A DNA stretch of 64,000 bases. Source: Azolla caroliniana (taxonomy: Eukaryota; Plantae; Polypodiophyta). The stretch is taken from the NCBI GenBank assembly GCA_043228905.1, contig JBHGNT010000005.1, positions 17,050,001 through 17,114,000 of the forward strand. The letters run 5' to 3'. The number at the start of each line of letters is the position of its first letter. Positions within the stretch are counted from its first letter, which is position 1. The notes under the pieces were generated by a model. The model made no database searches. It was not told the origin of the DNA and worked only from the letters and a program-made list of their open reading frames with translations. The position numbers and the translations under genes were made by a program. Positions 24,422 through 36,290 of the stretch are shown here, piece by piece.

Positions 24422-27400
24422 GTTCCTGAGCTCTCAAGACCCTTGATCTCAGTCGAACAACTCGATGAAGCCGGCATTCATGCCAGATTCTCATCAGGAG
24501 GGTGGACACTCCACAAAGGGAACCTCCTGCTTGCTCGAGGACCAAAGGTACACTCTTTGTACCCTTTATATGTCACACTTAAAGAGGGTGACTTATTTTT
24601 GGTTGATATCCCCGTGTCATCGTTATGGCACGGACGACTTGGACACCTCAGCAAGGCCGGCATAACGCACCTATCCAAAGCCGGTTACATCCCCAAGCTC
24701 TCCTTCTCGGATCACCAATTCTGCGAGCATTGCCAGTACTGCAAACAAGTACCCGCATCACATCCAACATCAACACCGAGAGAATCGAGTCCCCTCGATT
24801 TGGTCCACTCAGACGTCTGTGGCCCGATGCCACATCAGTCTCTCGGCGGTGCTTCGTACTTCGTCAATTTTATTGACGACTCGACTCGGAAGGTGTGGGC
24901 TTACCCCATCAGAACCAAAGATCGGGTGTTCTCGATCTTTACCGAATGGCTTGCAATGGTCGAAAACTAGACCGGTCGGAAACTAAAATGTCTCCAAACC
25001 GATAATGGAGGAGAATTCAAGTCTAAAGAATTCGTCAAATTTTGCAGCGAACGTGGCATTCAACGTGAATATACGGCACCCTACAGTCCAAAGCAGAACG
25101 GAATTGCAGAACGCATGAATCGGACGATTCAAGAATGCGTAGTATCCATGCTCCAACACTTCGGACTGTCGGATGGCTTCTGGGCGGAGGCTCTACTTAC
25201 GGCAGTACACATAATAAATATGTCACCAAGTAGACGTCTAGGACTTCAAATACCTCAGGAAATATGGACCGGCAATAAGCCGAATTATGACAAGTTGAGG
25301 ATCTTCGGTTGTGAGGCATACGCCCTCATACCGAAAAACGATCGCTGGAAACTCGAACCAAGATCAAGGAAATGTGTTTTCCTTGGGTATGGACCCAACG
25401 GCGAGATCGGATACCGACTCTGGGACCCCGAGCACAGACAAATCATCCGAAGTTCGGACGTCACGTTCAATGAGTCGGCTATGCATAAAACGGCTGAAAG
25501 GCCTATTGAAGTCCGAAGGGTAATATTCTCCAAAGTGCCAACCCTTCATGAAGGCCCAGCCCACAACACGAGATCGGTTTCACGGGTAACCGACACCTCT
25601 CATCCCGAATCCACCGATTCAGCACAGCCAAATGGCTTGGCTCTCGACCATCCGACATTGACACTCGGCACGACTAGTTCAGTTATACCTCGCAGATTCG
25701 AGAGACTATCGCAACCTCCGGAGAGGTACTCTCCCGGAATTTTCTTTACCGACGCCGGCGAACCGACTTCCTACGAAGAAGCATCGGCATCTGCTGATTC
25801 AGCCACATAGCATCTGGCGATGGAGTCAGAAATGCACTCCATTCGAGCAAACAAGACTTGGGACTTAGTCGACTTACCGGAGAATCGACGTGCTCTTCCA
25901 TGTAAGTGGGTCTATCGACTAAAAGAGACATCCAACTCGACCAACCCAAAGTACAAGGACAGATTAGTTGCAAAGGGATTTAGATAAGAATATGGCGTCG
26001 ACTTCGACGAAATCTTTTCACCAGTGGTGAAAATGACGACCCTTCGTTTCATGCTCGGCGTCGTGGCCGCCGACAACTTGGAGCTAATTCAGCTAGATGT
26101 AAAAACGACATTCCTCCACGGTGACCTACAAGAGGAAATCTATATCGAGCAGCCAAAAGGCTTTGTGGCATCCGGCCAGGAACATCTAGTCTGCCAACTC
26201 AGGAAGAGTCTCTAAGGCCTCAAACAGGCACCCCAACAGTGGTACAAGAAGTTTGACAACTTCATCCAATCGGTCGGCTTCTCAAAGAGCGATGAGGAAC
26301 ACTGTCTCTTTACCAAAACAGCTCAAGACAGGTCTCCCGTCTTCCTCATCATCTATGTGGACGACATGCTCCTCTCCGACCGGCATGCCGAAGAGCTCAC
26401 CGAACTCGTTCGGAAACTACGATTGAAGTTTGCCATGAAGGACCTTGGTCTGACAAGACACATACTTGGTATGAAAATCAGTCGGCATCTCGATATACAA
26501 CAACTTTTCTTGTCTCAAACCGACTACATCGGACGTGTCTTGGAACGCTTCAACATGCACTCGACCAAGTCTGCTTTGACCCCGCTCCCCATTAACCTTC
26601 GGCTGTCTCAGCGTGACTGCCTGACATCTGGTCCGGAGGGGGAAGATATGAAGTCAATACCGTATGCACCGGCAGTCGGCTCCCTTATGTATGCGATGGT
26701 TGCGACATGGCCTGATATTTCTCATGCCATAGGAATCGTCAACAGATTCATGCACAACCCCGGCCGATCGCACTGGAACGCAGTCAAGCATGTGTTCAGA
26801 TATCTAGCTAGCACAAAAGACCACGACATTCTTTTCAGCCCGAACTCAACCTTAGGCGTAGTCGGTTACACCGACTCAGACTTCGCCGACTGTGTGGACA
26901 GTCGGAAATCAACAATCGGATACTGTTTCAAATTCGGCAATGGAGCAATCTCGTGGAAGTCGAAACCTCAAAAGTGCGTAGCCACCTCAACGACCGAAGC
27001 GGAATATGTAGCTACGTTCGACATGGCAAAAGAAGCTTTATGGCTCGCTCGACTGGCGCACACATTCCGACAGGTTGACTCTGACTCGGCTCCAGTTGTC
27101 TATAGCGACAGTCAGGGTGTTGTTGCTTTGTCAAAAAACCCAGTTCACCACAACGCCTCCAAGCATATCAACGTTCAATATCACTTCGTTCGGGACTGCG
27201 TCATTTTAGGGAAAATCGGTCTAGAGAAGATATCCACAACCGATAATGTCGTAGATGGAATGACCAAGTGTCTTTCAACAGATCGTTTCTGGTCCCTTCG
27301 GCACCAGATAGGCGTAACGAAAAATTGGTCCGATTAAAGTCGGACACACAACACATGACGGTTTCGAACCACCGACATCGGTTCTCTGAGGATCGGCTTC

Positions 27401-27735
27401 AGCTCTTCCGACCCGACCGGTTCGGTCTTCTGTCTTCGGATCTTGCCGACTCTAAGAAAACCGATCTGTCCGATAAACCTTGTATATATACCTATAATTC
27501 TTTAGATAACCCATGTATACACCCATTACGGGGGAGTGTCGAATACGAGTGTATAATGACCATATTCACATTGTCCCCTTGGACAGCCCAAGCTTGGGCT
27601 ATTTCTGTAAATAGCACAAAGGGCAGTTGCCCTAGGACATTCACTATATAAAGTGACTTTGTAACCTGTTAGTGTTGGTTGGTTGTAATTCTTGTAGTTG
27701 TTGCTATTGACAAATAAAATCCTGATTATTTGTGC

Positions 27736-27791
<56 letters not shown>

Positions 27792-29499
27792 GTATCTAGT
27801 GTTAATTCGCATACGTAGGTTCTTCACCATCACAGACGTTGTCTGCTCTTCCACATTGACGGCCTTGTCCCCAACAGTCTCATCGCCGGCAAGGTTCAAC
27901 TCACTCTCCTCGGTGATGAGCATCAACTCTTCTTCACTTGCCGCGATTGTCATCGTTCCCTTCCGGTCGGTCCGGTCCCCTCCTGTCTTTACCGTTCTGG
28001 TCCGGTGACCGCTTTGAGTTTGTATTGTCGGTTTCCTTGTCTTTCTAGAAAGGCCGACAATTCTTCTGGAAGTGCCCCGGCTTCCCACGGTAGAAGCAAG
28101 TGGGCCTTCCCCTTGACTTTGACCGTGTCCCCGACTTTTCCCGGTTCTGGGGACTCCGGTTCCTTTGTCTTCTGCGTTCCGATTCGGTAAGGAGCGCTTT
28201 AGAGTCGGAGCTCGTATCCTTGTCTTTTCGACGTGCCTCCTCATCTAGCAAGCTCTACTTGACTCTTGCTAGGGATAACTGTTTTCTTTCCATCTCGGCG
28301 TTGCCCAAAGTGACAACTAACGTCTCCCAGCTATCTGGGAGGGAACCGAACAGGAGCAGTGCTAGTACCTCATCGGCGAGAGGTACTTCCAACGATGTTG
28401 CCTGGTGAATCAGCCCCTAGAAGGCATTCATGTTCTCCACCATGCTGGAGCCATCTTGGTACCGGAGTCTTACTAGCTTCCAAAATACCGAAACCCAATT
28501 AACAACATTTTTGTTCTGAAACATAATGTCGATCTTCTCCCAGAGCTCATGAGCCTTGCTCTCCTCATAAAAGTTGTTGTACAGGCTCATGTCGATGAAG
28601 CACCTGATGTATGTCGTTGTCTTCATGTGCATCACCTCCCACACCGTGGCGTCGATCTTATCCGGTCTCTTGTCACCGAACTGAACAGGCAACCAAAGAT
28701 CTTTAACCACGAGCATGTCCCTCATCTTCGACTTCCACACTAAGTAGTTGGAGTCGGTGAGCTTGAACATGCCTCCAAACGAATCTTCCATTTCCTGTGT
28801 CGTTTTGCTCTAATACCAGATTGACATGAAATATGCGGAATATTACTCGGCCAAGATCGTGTCGTTTAGAATCGAACACCAAGAATGGGAATGGAGGTGA
28901 ATACACGTACACTTAGACAATATGAGAGAGGGTACATTGGATGTTTACGTGGAAAACCCTAAATGGGAAAAACCACGGGAGTCCACAAACTCCAACTATC
29001 ACTATGTAAAGATTACAGTAGTAAGTCACAAAGGCAACGACCTCGTGCTCTCAATCTTCACCAACAGGCAGTTACAACAGACACTGTTCAAGGTCTCTCT
29101 CTCTCTCTTTGTTGCGCTCTATACAACAATTACACCAATAACTCTATACAATGATAATGACAACTCACAAAACATGTTTGCCCTAAGTCATATTTATACT
29201 AATATGACTTTAGGATTATTTATAGATATAGCCCCAATGGACTCTCAGAGACATAATTACATATGTCACTTCATCCGGTGAGAGGCTCTCACTGGGTCTG
29301 CATCATCCGGTTCTCACCGGGTCTTCCTTGCCGGGTACACATCATCCGGTTCTCACCGGGCCTTCATCATGACCGAAACCTAACAAATGCACTATCCCAC
29401 GGGCGTGCCATAATGTGTTACGATACAAGAAGTATGGAGATTTGAGTGTTATGAGTGAAGGTGAAAGACTATAATGTTGTTTTTGTGTCATAGACACGA

Positions 29500-29570
29500 T
29501 GGAATGTAGGGAGTTGAACCCATGACCTCTTGGTCTTACTGGGCAACCTTACCAATTGAGCTACATTCCA
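29500..29570 (-). ncRNA. tRNA-like cassette in the chromovirus 5' LTR
   Basis: Minus strand TGGAATG-TAGCTCAATTGG...GGGTTCAACTCC-CTACATTCCA: 7-bp acceptor-like stem, A-box, B-box, 71 nt. The anticodon arm is degenerate. Confidence 0.75.
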
Positions 29571-29595
29571 TCTATGCATTATTATATTGTACACT

Positions 29596-29641
29596 AGAAC
29601 TTTCAAGAAACTTCTAGAGAATGCACTCTCTAGAAGTTTCC
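29596..29641 (+). promoter_or_regulatory. Heat-shock element array in LTR U3, also present in the 3' LTR
   Basis: GAActTTCaaGAAacTTCtaGAg at 29597-29619, then GAAgtTTC at 29633-29640. TATAAATA at 29692-29699. Confidence 0.7.
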
Positions 29642-29895
29642 ATGCATTCTCTAGATGTTTCCTAGCTTACATGTATACCACCACATTCTTGTATAAATAC
29701 TTCGGTGCACCTTGATTACAATCAAGGTGAACAACACCAATTATGGAAGCATAATTTAGTTCTCACTCTTTTGTCTACCCTCTCTCTCTCTTGTTCTCTT
29801 GTCTATGCTCCTCTCTATCTATATATCTATCTTTCTCTCTTTGTTAATATTGAGCTCGCCTACTTGTCCTTGCCCTCGTCTACATCTGTGACAGT

Positions 29896-29906
29896 TTGTT
29901 CACCTT
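29896..29906 (+). promoter_or_regulatory. Self-priming PBS (Tf1-type)
   Basis: TTGTTCACCTT is the exact reverse complement of AAGGTGAACAA (29724-29734), located 32 nt after the start of the TATA box. Confidence 0.8.
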
Positions 29907-32900
29907 CCCCTTCTTGTTACCATGTCCGACTCGGCCTTAAACCAAGTAATGGCAGCCTTGGAGCAACTTCAATTAAAAAATGAAAGCCTTCGTCAGTCAT
30001 TGCGAGAGCTTCAAAATAGCACAACCAACAATCCTTCACCCGTTGAGCCTCACCTTCCGTCAGCCTACCTGACAAATTCAACGGCTCGAGGGCGCATCTT
30101 CGTGGCTTCATCAATCAAATTTGGCTTATCATCCGCTTACAACCCCAACGTTATGCTAGTGATTTCTCTCGGGTCGGCCTCGTTGGTAGCCTTCTCTCTG
30201 GGCCGGCACAAGTGTGGTTTGCACCATTGATCGAGACCTCATCACCCCTCCTAGATAACTTTCCTGCCTTCCTTGTGGAGCTTGAAGCCACATTCGGAGA
30301 GACAGATCGGCGACGAACGGCACTCACGAAACTCTATTTCTTACAACAAGGCTCTCGTCCAGCTTCCGTTTATGCTTCAAAGTTTCGTCAGATCACATGC
30401 GATGTCAGCTGGGATGAGCGAGCTTTATGTGACCAGTTTCGTTGAGGCCTCCGAAATGATATCAAGACTCTTCTCTTAAACTTTCCGGAGCCCACATTAT
30501 TGTCCCAGGTAATCTCCCAAGCCGTTCAATGTGATAATCGTCTTTTTGAGCTTCGACAAGAGGAATGGGGACTCGAGGTTTTCCATCTTCCTCCCGCAAT
30601 GCTCCACTCACAAGGTCATATATATCAGTTTCGCCAAGCAGGCCATGGCTGCCATCTTCCAATAGTGCTCATACCCTGATGGAGGTCGATCCCCGTATCC
30701 CAATGGAGATCAACCATGCTCGGGCCCAACCATTAACCGATGCCCGACGGCAACATCGACGTGACAATGGCCTCTGCCTCTATTATGGTACCCTCGGCCA
30801 TGTCATCTGCCACTGCCCGATGCGCGGCCCTCGTCATCAATCCCACCATGCACATCTTGCAGAGGTTTCTCGACAACAAGAAAACAACCGTGCATGTCTT
30901 GCAGAGGTTTCTGGAAAATAGGAAAACGAGCAAGTCCTGCTGCAGTAGGAGCCATGCCACTGGACACTTTCCGTCGCCCTAGTTCCTCGTGCTCCTCCAA
31001 TTCAGTCATGACAGCAGGAGGTTTTACTTTGCAAGTAAGTCTTTGTTTTGGGTCTATTTCAATAAAATCTCATGCCTTGCTTGATTCTGGTGCATCTACT
31101 TGTTTCATCAATATCGCGTTCGTCTGAGCACATAAAATCCCAATCGTCCGCACAACACAACCCATATCCGTTGAAGCTATCAACTGACGGGTTTTCTCTT
31201 CAGGGGCGGTTACCAAAGCCATTGTCCCGTTGGTATTTCAAGTCGGGTTCCACCCGGAGGTATTAACATTCTACCTCATTGCAACCCCTCGTCATCCGAT
31301 TGTTTTAGGGCTCTCCTAGTTGGAAACACACAATCCGATGGTGGATTGGTGTAGCCACTCCATCACTTTTCCACAAACACTAGCGCGGGCCCTTTCCACA
31401 AACATTGTTACTTGTGTGGGGGCTGCTTTCAGCTTGGGTGCACTTTCTTCTGATTTCAACTCAGTCTCCAATGTTGCCGATTTCGTTGTGGCCGATTCTG
31501 GCGTGGTCACTTCCGTGCCCATTGTGTCACAGGACGTCCCTACTCTTGTCACCAATTTGCCCGCAAGATATAGAGATTTTTTGGACGTGTTTGAAAAGCA
31601 AAATGCAGACCAGTTGCCGGCACATTGCCCCTATGATTACCCAATAGAACTCCAACATGGTGCACACCCACCATTTGGGCCCATCTATGGGCTATCTGAA
31701 CCCAAACTTGAGGCCCTTCGCACATATCTGGATGAAAACCTCGCCAAGGGCTTCATTCAACCTTCCAAATCACCGGTTGGAGCCCCAATCTTATTTGTCA
31801 AGAAGAAGGACGGCTCATTATGCCTATGTGTGGATTATCGGGGTCTCAACAAAATTACAATACGTAATCGTTACCCCTTGCCTTTAATTCCAACACTTCT
31901 TGACCGACTTCGAATCGGGCGTATCTTCTCCAAAATCGACCTTCGGGGAGCCTACAATCTGGTGCGTATCAAGCCAGGAGACGAGTGGAAAACGGCCTTC
32001 CGAACACACTATGGACATTTCGAGTACAAGCTGATGCCTTTTGGTCTCACCAACGCCCCTGCGGTCTTTCAGCACATGATGAACAATATATTTCGGGAGT
32101 ATCTCGATCACTTCGTGGTGATCTACCTTGATGACATTTTAGTTTTTTCTTCCAACATAGAGGAGCACACCCGACACGTCCAATTGGTCCTACCCAAACT
32201 TCGGGAACATGGACTTTACGCCAAAAGTGAGAAATGTGAATTCGATCGGACCTCTGTCGAATTCGTAGGCTACGTGATTTCACCCTCCGAGATCACAATG
32301 GATGCACGCAAGGTAGCGGCAATCACCGATTTGCCTGTCCCTACTCGGTTGAAAGAGGTACAATCATTTCTTGGTTTTGCAAATTTCTATCGACGATTTA
32401 TCAATGGTTTTTCGTCTTTAATACAACCTCTAATCATCCTTACAAGAAAAGATACTCCATTTCTTTGGACCTCTGTGGCGCAACGTGCTTTTGATGCCCT
32501 CAAGGCAGCTTTTCTCACAGCCCTAGTGTTGGTCCACCCCGACCCCACAAGGCCCTTCCAAGTCGAAACCAATGCCTCCGACTTTGCCATTGGAGTTGTC
32601 CTATCCCAATCAGACGACGAGGGCACACCACGTCTTGTTGCCTTCTACTCTCGGAAGTTTACTGCCCCGGAAATCAATTATCGAGTCTACGACAAGGAGC
32701 TGGCAGCAATCATATCTGCCTTCACCAAATGACGACCCTATTTGGCTAGGGCCCAACATCGCATCCAGGTGCCGACCGGCCACAAAAATCTAATTTACTT
32801 CACCACTAGTCATACATTGAATCGGAGGCAAGCCCGATGGTCATCTTTTCTCGTCGACTACAACTTTGAGATCTTGTTTCAACCTGGAGTTCAACATGGG

Positions 32901-34525
32901 AAAATTGATGCCCTCTCTCGGCGACCTGATTTTGCATTGCGCCCAGGAAATGATGCATATTCACAACAATCCCATTGTTTGTTGTGGCCCGATCAACTTC
33001 AGATGTTCGCCACCTGCATGTTAAATGATGATTCTTTGCTCAACGAGATCGCCATGGCAACCATGTCAGACCCATTCGCCAAAGAAATCATGGGTCGCAT
33101 TAATGACCCATCTCCGGACATGAAAAGCTCATATCTCAACCAATTTACAACCCGGGATGGGTTACTATATCGTAATCATCTCTTGTACGTTCTCGAAGGA
33201 TCATGTCGTACATAGGTACTACAAAACTGTCATGATGATCCTCTTGCCGGCCACTTTGGGATCACGAAAACCCTAGAATTGCTATCTCGAGGGTTTTGGT
33301 GGCCCCAACCTTGGAAATTTGTCAAGGAATTTATCAAGACATGTGATTTATGTGCTCGGTCCAAAACGCCTCACCATCGGCCATATGGTCTTGTCCACCC
33401 GCTCCCCATTCCACGTCGACCATGGGTCTCTCTATCCATGGACTTTATCACTGACCTCCCTCTAGTTGGTGGACATGACACGGTGCTAGTCATTGTCGAT
33501 TGGTTTTCAAAGATGGCTCACTTTGTTCCATGTTCCAAAACCATTTCCGGGGAAGAGACAATGGATCTTTTTCTTTAAAATGTTGTTCGATTACACGGCT
33601 TACCCGAGGATATCACCTCTGATCGAGGTTCTCAGTTCATTTCCCACATTTGGCGACGACTTCTAGAAACATTCGGGACTTTTGTCAACTTGTCCTCAGT
33701 ATACCATCCTTAAACTGTTGGACAAACGGAGCGAGTCAACCAAATCCTCGAACAATACCTTCGGTGTACCGTGAGCTACCAACAGAAGGATTGGGTAGAC
33801 TTCCTTGCAATGGCAGAATTTGCTTACAATAATAGTATCCATGCCTCGACTAAGGTTTCCCCCTTCTTTGCAAACTATGGATTTCACCCTCGTTTCAGCA
33901 TTTCCATACCTGCAACTTCGGTCAATCCTTCAGTAGAGACGCGTGCCCACGCTTTACACAATGTCCATCATGACCTCTCCTTAGAGCTCCGTATTGTTGG
34001 TGACCACTATAAAGATCAAGCGAACCGACATCGCTTAGCTGCACCGATGTTTGCAATCAGGGACATGGTTTGGTTGTTACGTCGTCACATCACACCACCA
34101 CACGTCCTTGTGCAAAATTGGACTAGGCCCCTTTTGTATCATCGAACGGATCAACCCAATCACCTTCCGGTTAGCACTTCCTCCAACATTTAGGATTCAC
34201 AATGTTTTTTACGTTTCCCTCCTCGAACTCTACCATCCTTCTCGAATTTCAAGACGACACCCTCCTGCACCGCCACCTGTGGAATTGTCGACGAATAAAG
34301 AATATGAGGTTGACCAAATCCTCGACTCTCGATATCGTCATCGACAGCTCCAATATTTGGTCTTATGGAAAGGTTACCCCATTTTGGACGCCACATGGGA
34401 ACCAATTACACATTTACAAAATGCTCCGAAGGCCATTCGCAATTTTCATCAACAATACCCACATAAGCCAGTTGCGAGTCCCGGAAAGCGGCCTTAAATG
34501 AGGGAAGATAATGTCATAGACACGA

Positions 34526-34596
34526 TGGAATGTAGGGGGTTGAACCCATGACCTCTTGGTCTTATTGGGAAACCTTACCAATTGAGCTACATTCCA
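34526..34596 (-). ncRNA. tRNA-like cassette in the chromovirus 3' LTR
   Basis: Copy of 29500-29570 with A-box, B-box and terminal stem retained. Confidence 0.75.
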
Positions 34597-35128
34597 TCTA
34601 TACATTATTATATTGTATAAGTTTCAACTTATTACATTGTAAGTTAATCACTAGAACTTTCAAGAAACTTCTAGAGAATGCATAGACATGCACTCTCTAG
34701 AAGTTTCCATGCATTCTCTAGATGTTTCCTAGCTTACATGCATACCACCACATTCTTGTATAAATACTTCGGTGCACCTTGATTACAATCAAGGTGAACA
34801 ACACCAGTTACGGAAGCATAATTTAGTTCTCACTCTTTTGTCTGCCCTCTCTCTCTCTTGTTCTCTTGTCTATGCTCCTCTCTATCTATATATCTATCTT
34901 TCTCTCTTTTTAATATTGAGCTCGCCTACTTGTCCTTGCCCTCGTCTACGTCCGTGATAATGTGAAATGAGTAGGAGTGGTAGTGTGAGTGAATGATGTG
35001 TATGGATGGCTTGAGGGGCATGCACACCTATGAATCTAACCGCATTGTAACTATTTAACCCCTTATGGGGAATGAATGAATAATGAAGAAGGTCTCTCTT
35101 ATTTCTCTCTCTCTCTCTTTTTATCATA

Positions 35129-35450
35129 ATTAGCTTACCTTAGTGGTAAGTCAATAACACTACTGTAAGCATTGTGTCTTAGGTTCGAAACCCAATTTCC
35201 TCACCTCTCTATTTCACTAGATGCCACTGTGGAATGTAGGGGTTGAACCCATGACCACGTGGTCTCCATTGGGCAACCTTACCAATTGAGTTGCATCCAT
35301 CCGGGCATCTCTCTCTCTCTCTCTCTCTCTTAGGTTCAAAACCCAATTTCCTCACCTCTCTATTTCACTGGATGCCACTGTGGAATGTAGGGGTTGAACC
35401 CATGACCATGTGGTCTCCATTGGGCAACCTTACCAACTGAGTTGCATCCA
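35129..35450. ncRNA. Cluster of tRNA-like cassettes: one on + (about 35129-35200), two on - (35230-35298, 35381-35450)
   Basis: Plus strand: TACCTTAGTGG 35136-35146 and GGTTCGAAACC 35182-35192. Minus-strand copies read CAACTCA(A/G)TTGGTAAGGTTGCCC...GGGTTCAACCCC, homologous to the chromovirus cassette. Confidence 0.65.
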
Positions 35451-35454
35451 TCTG

Positions 35455-35510
<56 letters not shown>

Positions 35511-35718
35511 GTTGAACCCCCACAATGCTTATCAATCGCCATCAATCCCGCAACGTTCATTGCTATCATTATCACACTCACCATTACCATCTTCATCAAC
35601 ATTATTATCATCAACCAACCCTAAACCTATAACACTTGTGTCAGTACCTCCTATTGTAAAAAAAGTGCTCAATGAGCACATTGAATGTACAAAGTCTTTT
35701 TAATAGAATTTTTTGTTG

Positions 35719-35800
<82 letters not shown>

Positions 35801-35801
<1 letters not shown>

Positions 35802-36290
35802 TTCACATTATACTACGCATGTTGCACCTAACTACAAAACCATATTCTTTGCGGAACGGGGAAATCGTAAACATCAATACATGTTAGAGCCCATACCGTT
35901 ATCTGTCATTCAAACCATTGCTTCCATGTGACTTAGCTCACATGCATTGCGATGTGAGACAGGGCGTTGGGGCACAAGTGAAGAGAGTGGTCGGCTATCC
36001 ACACTTTTCCCTAAACAAGTTCGCGAGTCTGAGTATCACACTTTGATACAATGCTCTGCCTTTGATCATATTCGACCATGCTTTCCACATCTCTTCGATT
36101 GAGCCCAATCCTTGCATGAATTCCTCTCACAACCACAATGTGCACTCTCGATTGCAACATTCATTGGTAAAGTTCTTGAACATCGAGAGTCACTACTCAC
36201 TTTCACACATATCACGTGAAATGTAATATTTTTTGGTCTCATAGGTCATATTTGACCTCCGAAGACGATAATATAATCTATCTATCTCTC
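35801..36290 (+). mobile_element. Third copy (3' fragment) of the LINE family
   Basis: Matches about 5311-5794. Preceded by (CT)n(CA)n and ends in TCTA repeats that grade into (CT)n. Confidence 0.9.

Larger units (their letters stand above)
17037..27876 (+). mobile_element. Copia-3: Ty1/copia of the same family as copia-5, degenerate
   Basis: LTRs 17037-17344 and 27537-27876. PBS TGGTATCAGAGC 17347-17358, PPT about 27528-27536, TSD GTCTT/GTCTC. Polyprotein about 17931-27337 with stops. Confidence 0.93.
12773..29385 (-). mobile_element. Copia-2: Ty1/copia related to copia-1, degenerate, with nested insertions
   Basis: LTRs 12773-13057 (internally deleted) and 28822-29385. PBS 28818-28807, PPT 13058-13068, TSD AATGT/AATGC. 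Gag 28791->27877, PR/INT/RT start 17036->15138, RT/RH 14049->13068. Confidence 0.9.
29486..34959 (+). mobile_element. Ty3/gypsy chromovirus, Tcn1-like, degenerate
   Basis: LTRs 29486-29893 and 34512-34959, PPT 34496-34511. Gag from 29922, PR LLDSGA, RT YLDDIL, RNase H, integrase SMDFITDLP, chromodomain EYEVDQILDSR..YLVLWKGY..ATWEP. No tRNA PBS. Confidence 0.92.
29416..35634. mobile_element. Solo or recombinant LTR (TGTTA...TAACA) interrupted by the chromovirus; contains tRNA-like cassettes
   Basis: Inverted termini TGTTA (29416) and TAACA (35634). The flanks TAATG and CTTGT do not form a TSD. A tandem duplication of about 150 bp lies at 35180-35508. Confidence 0.5.

Noticed and set aside
29500-29570. 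Functional tRNA gene
   Set aside because: The anticodon and D stems do not pair and the T stem has only 3 pairs. Reported as tRNA-like only.
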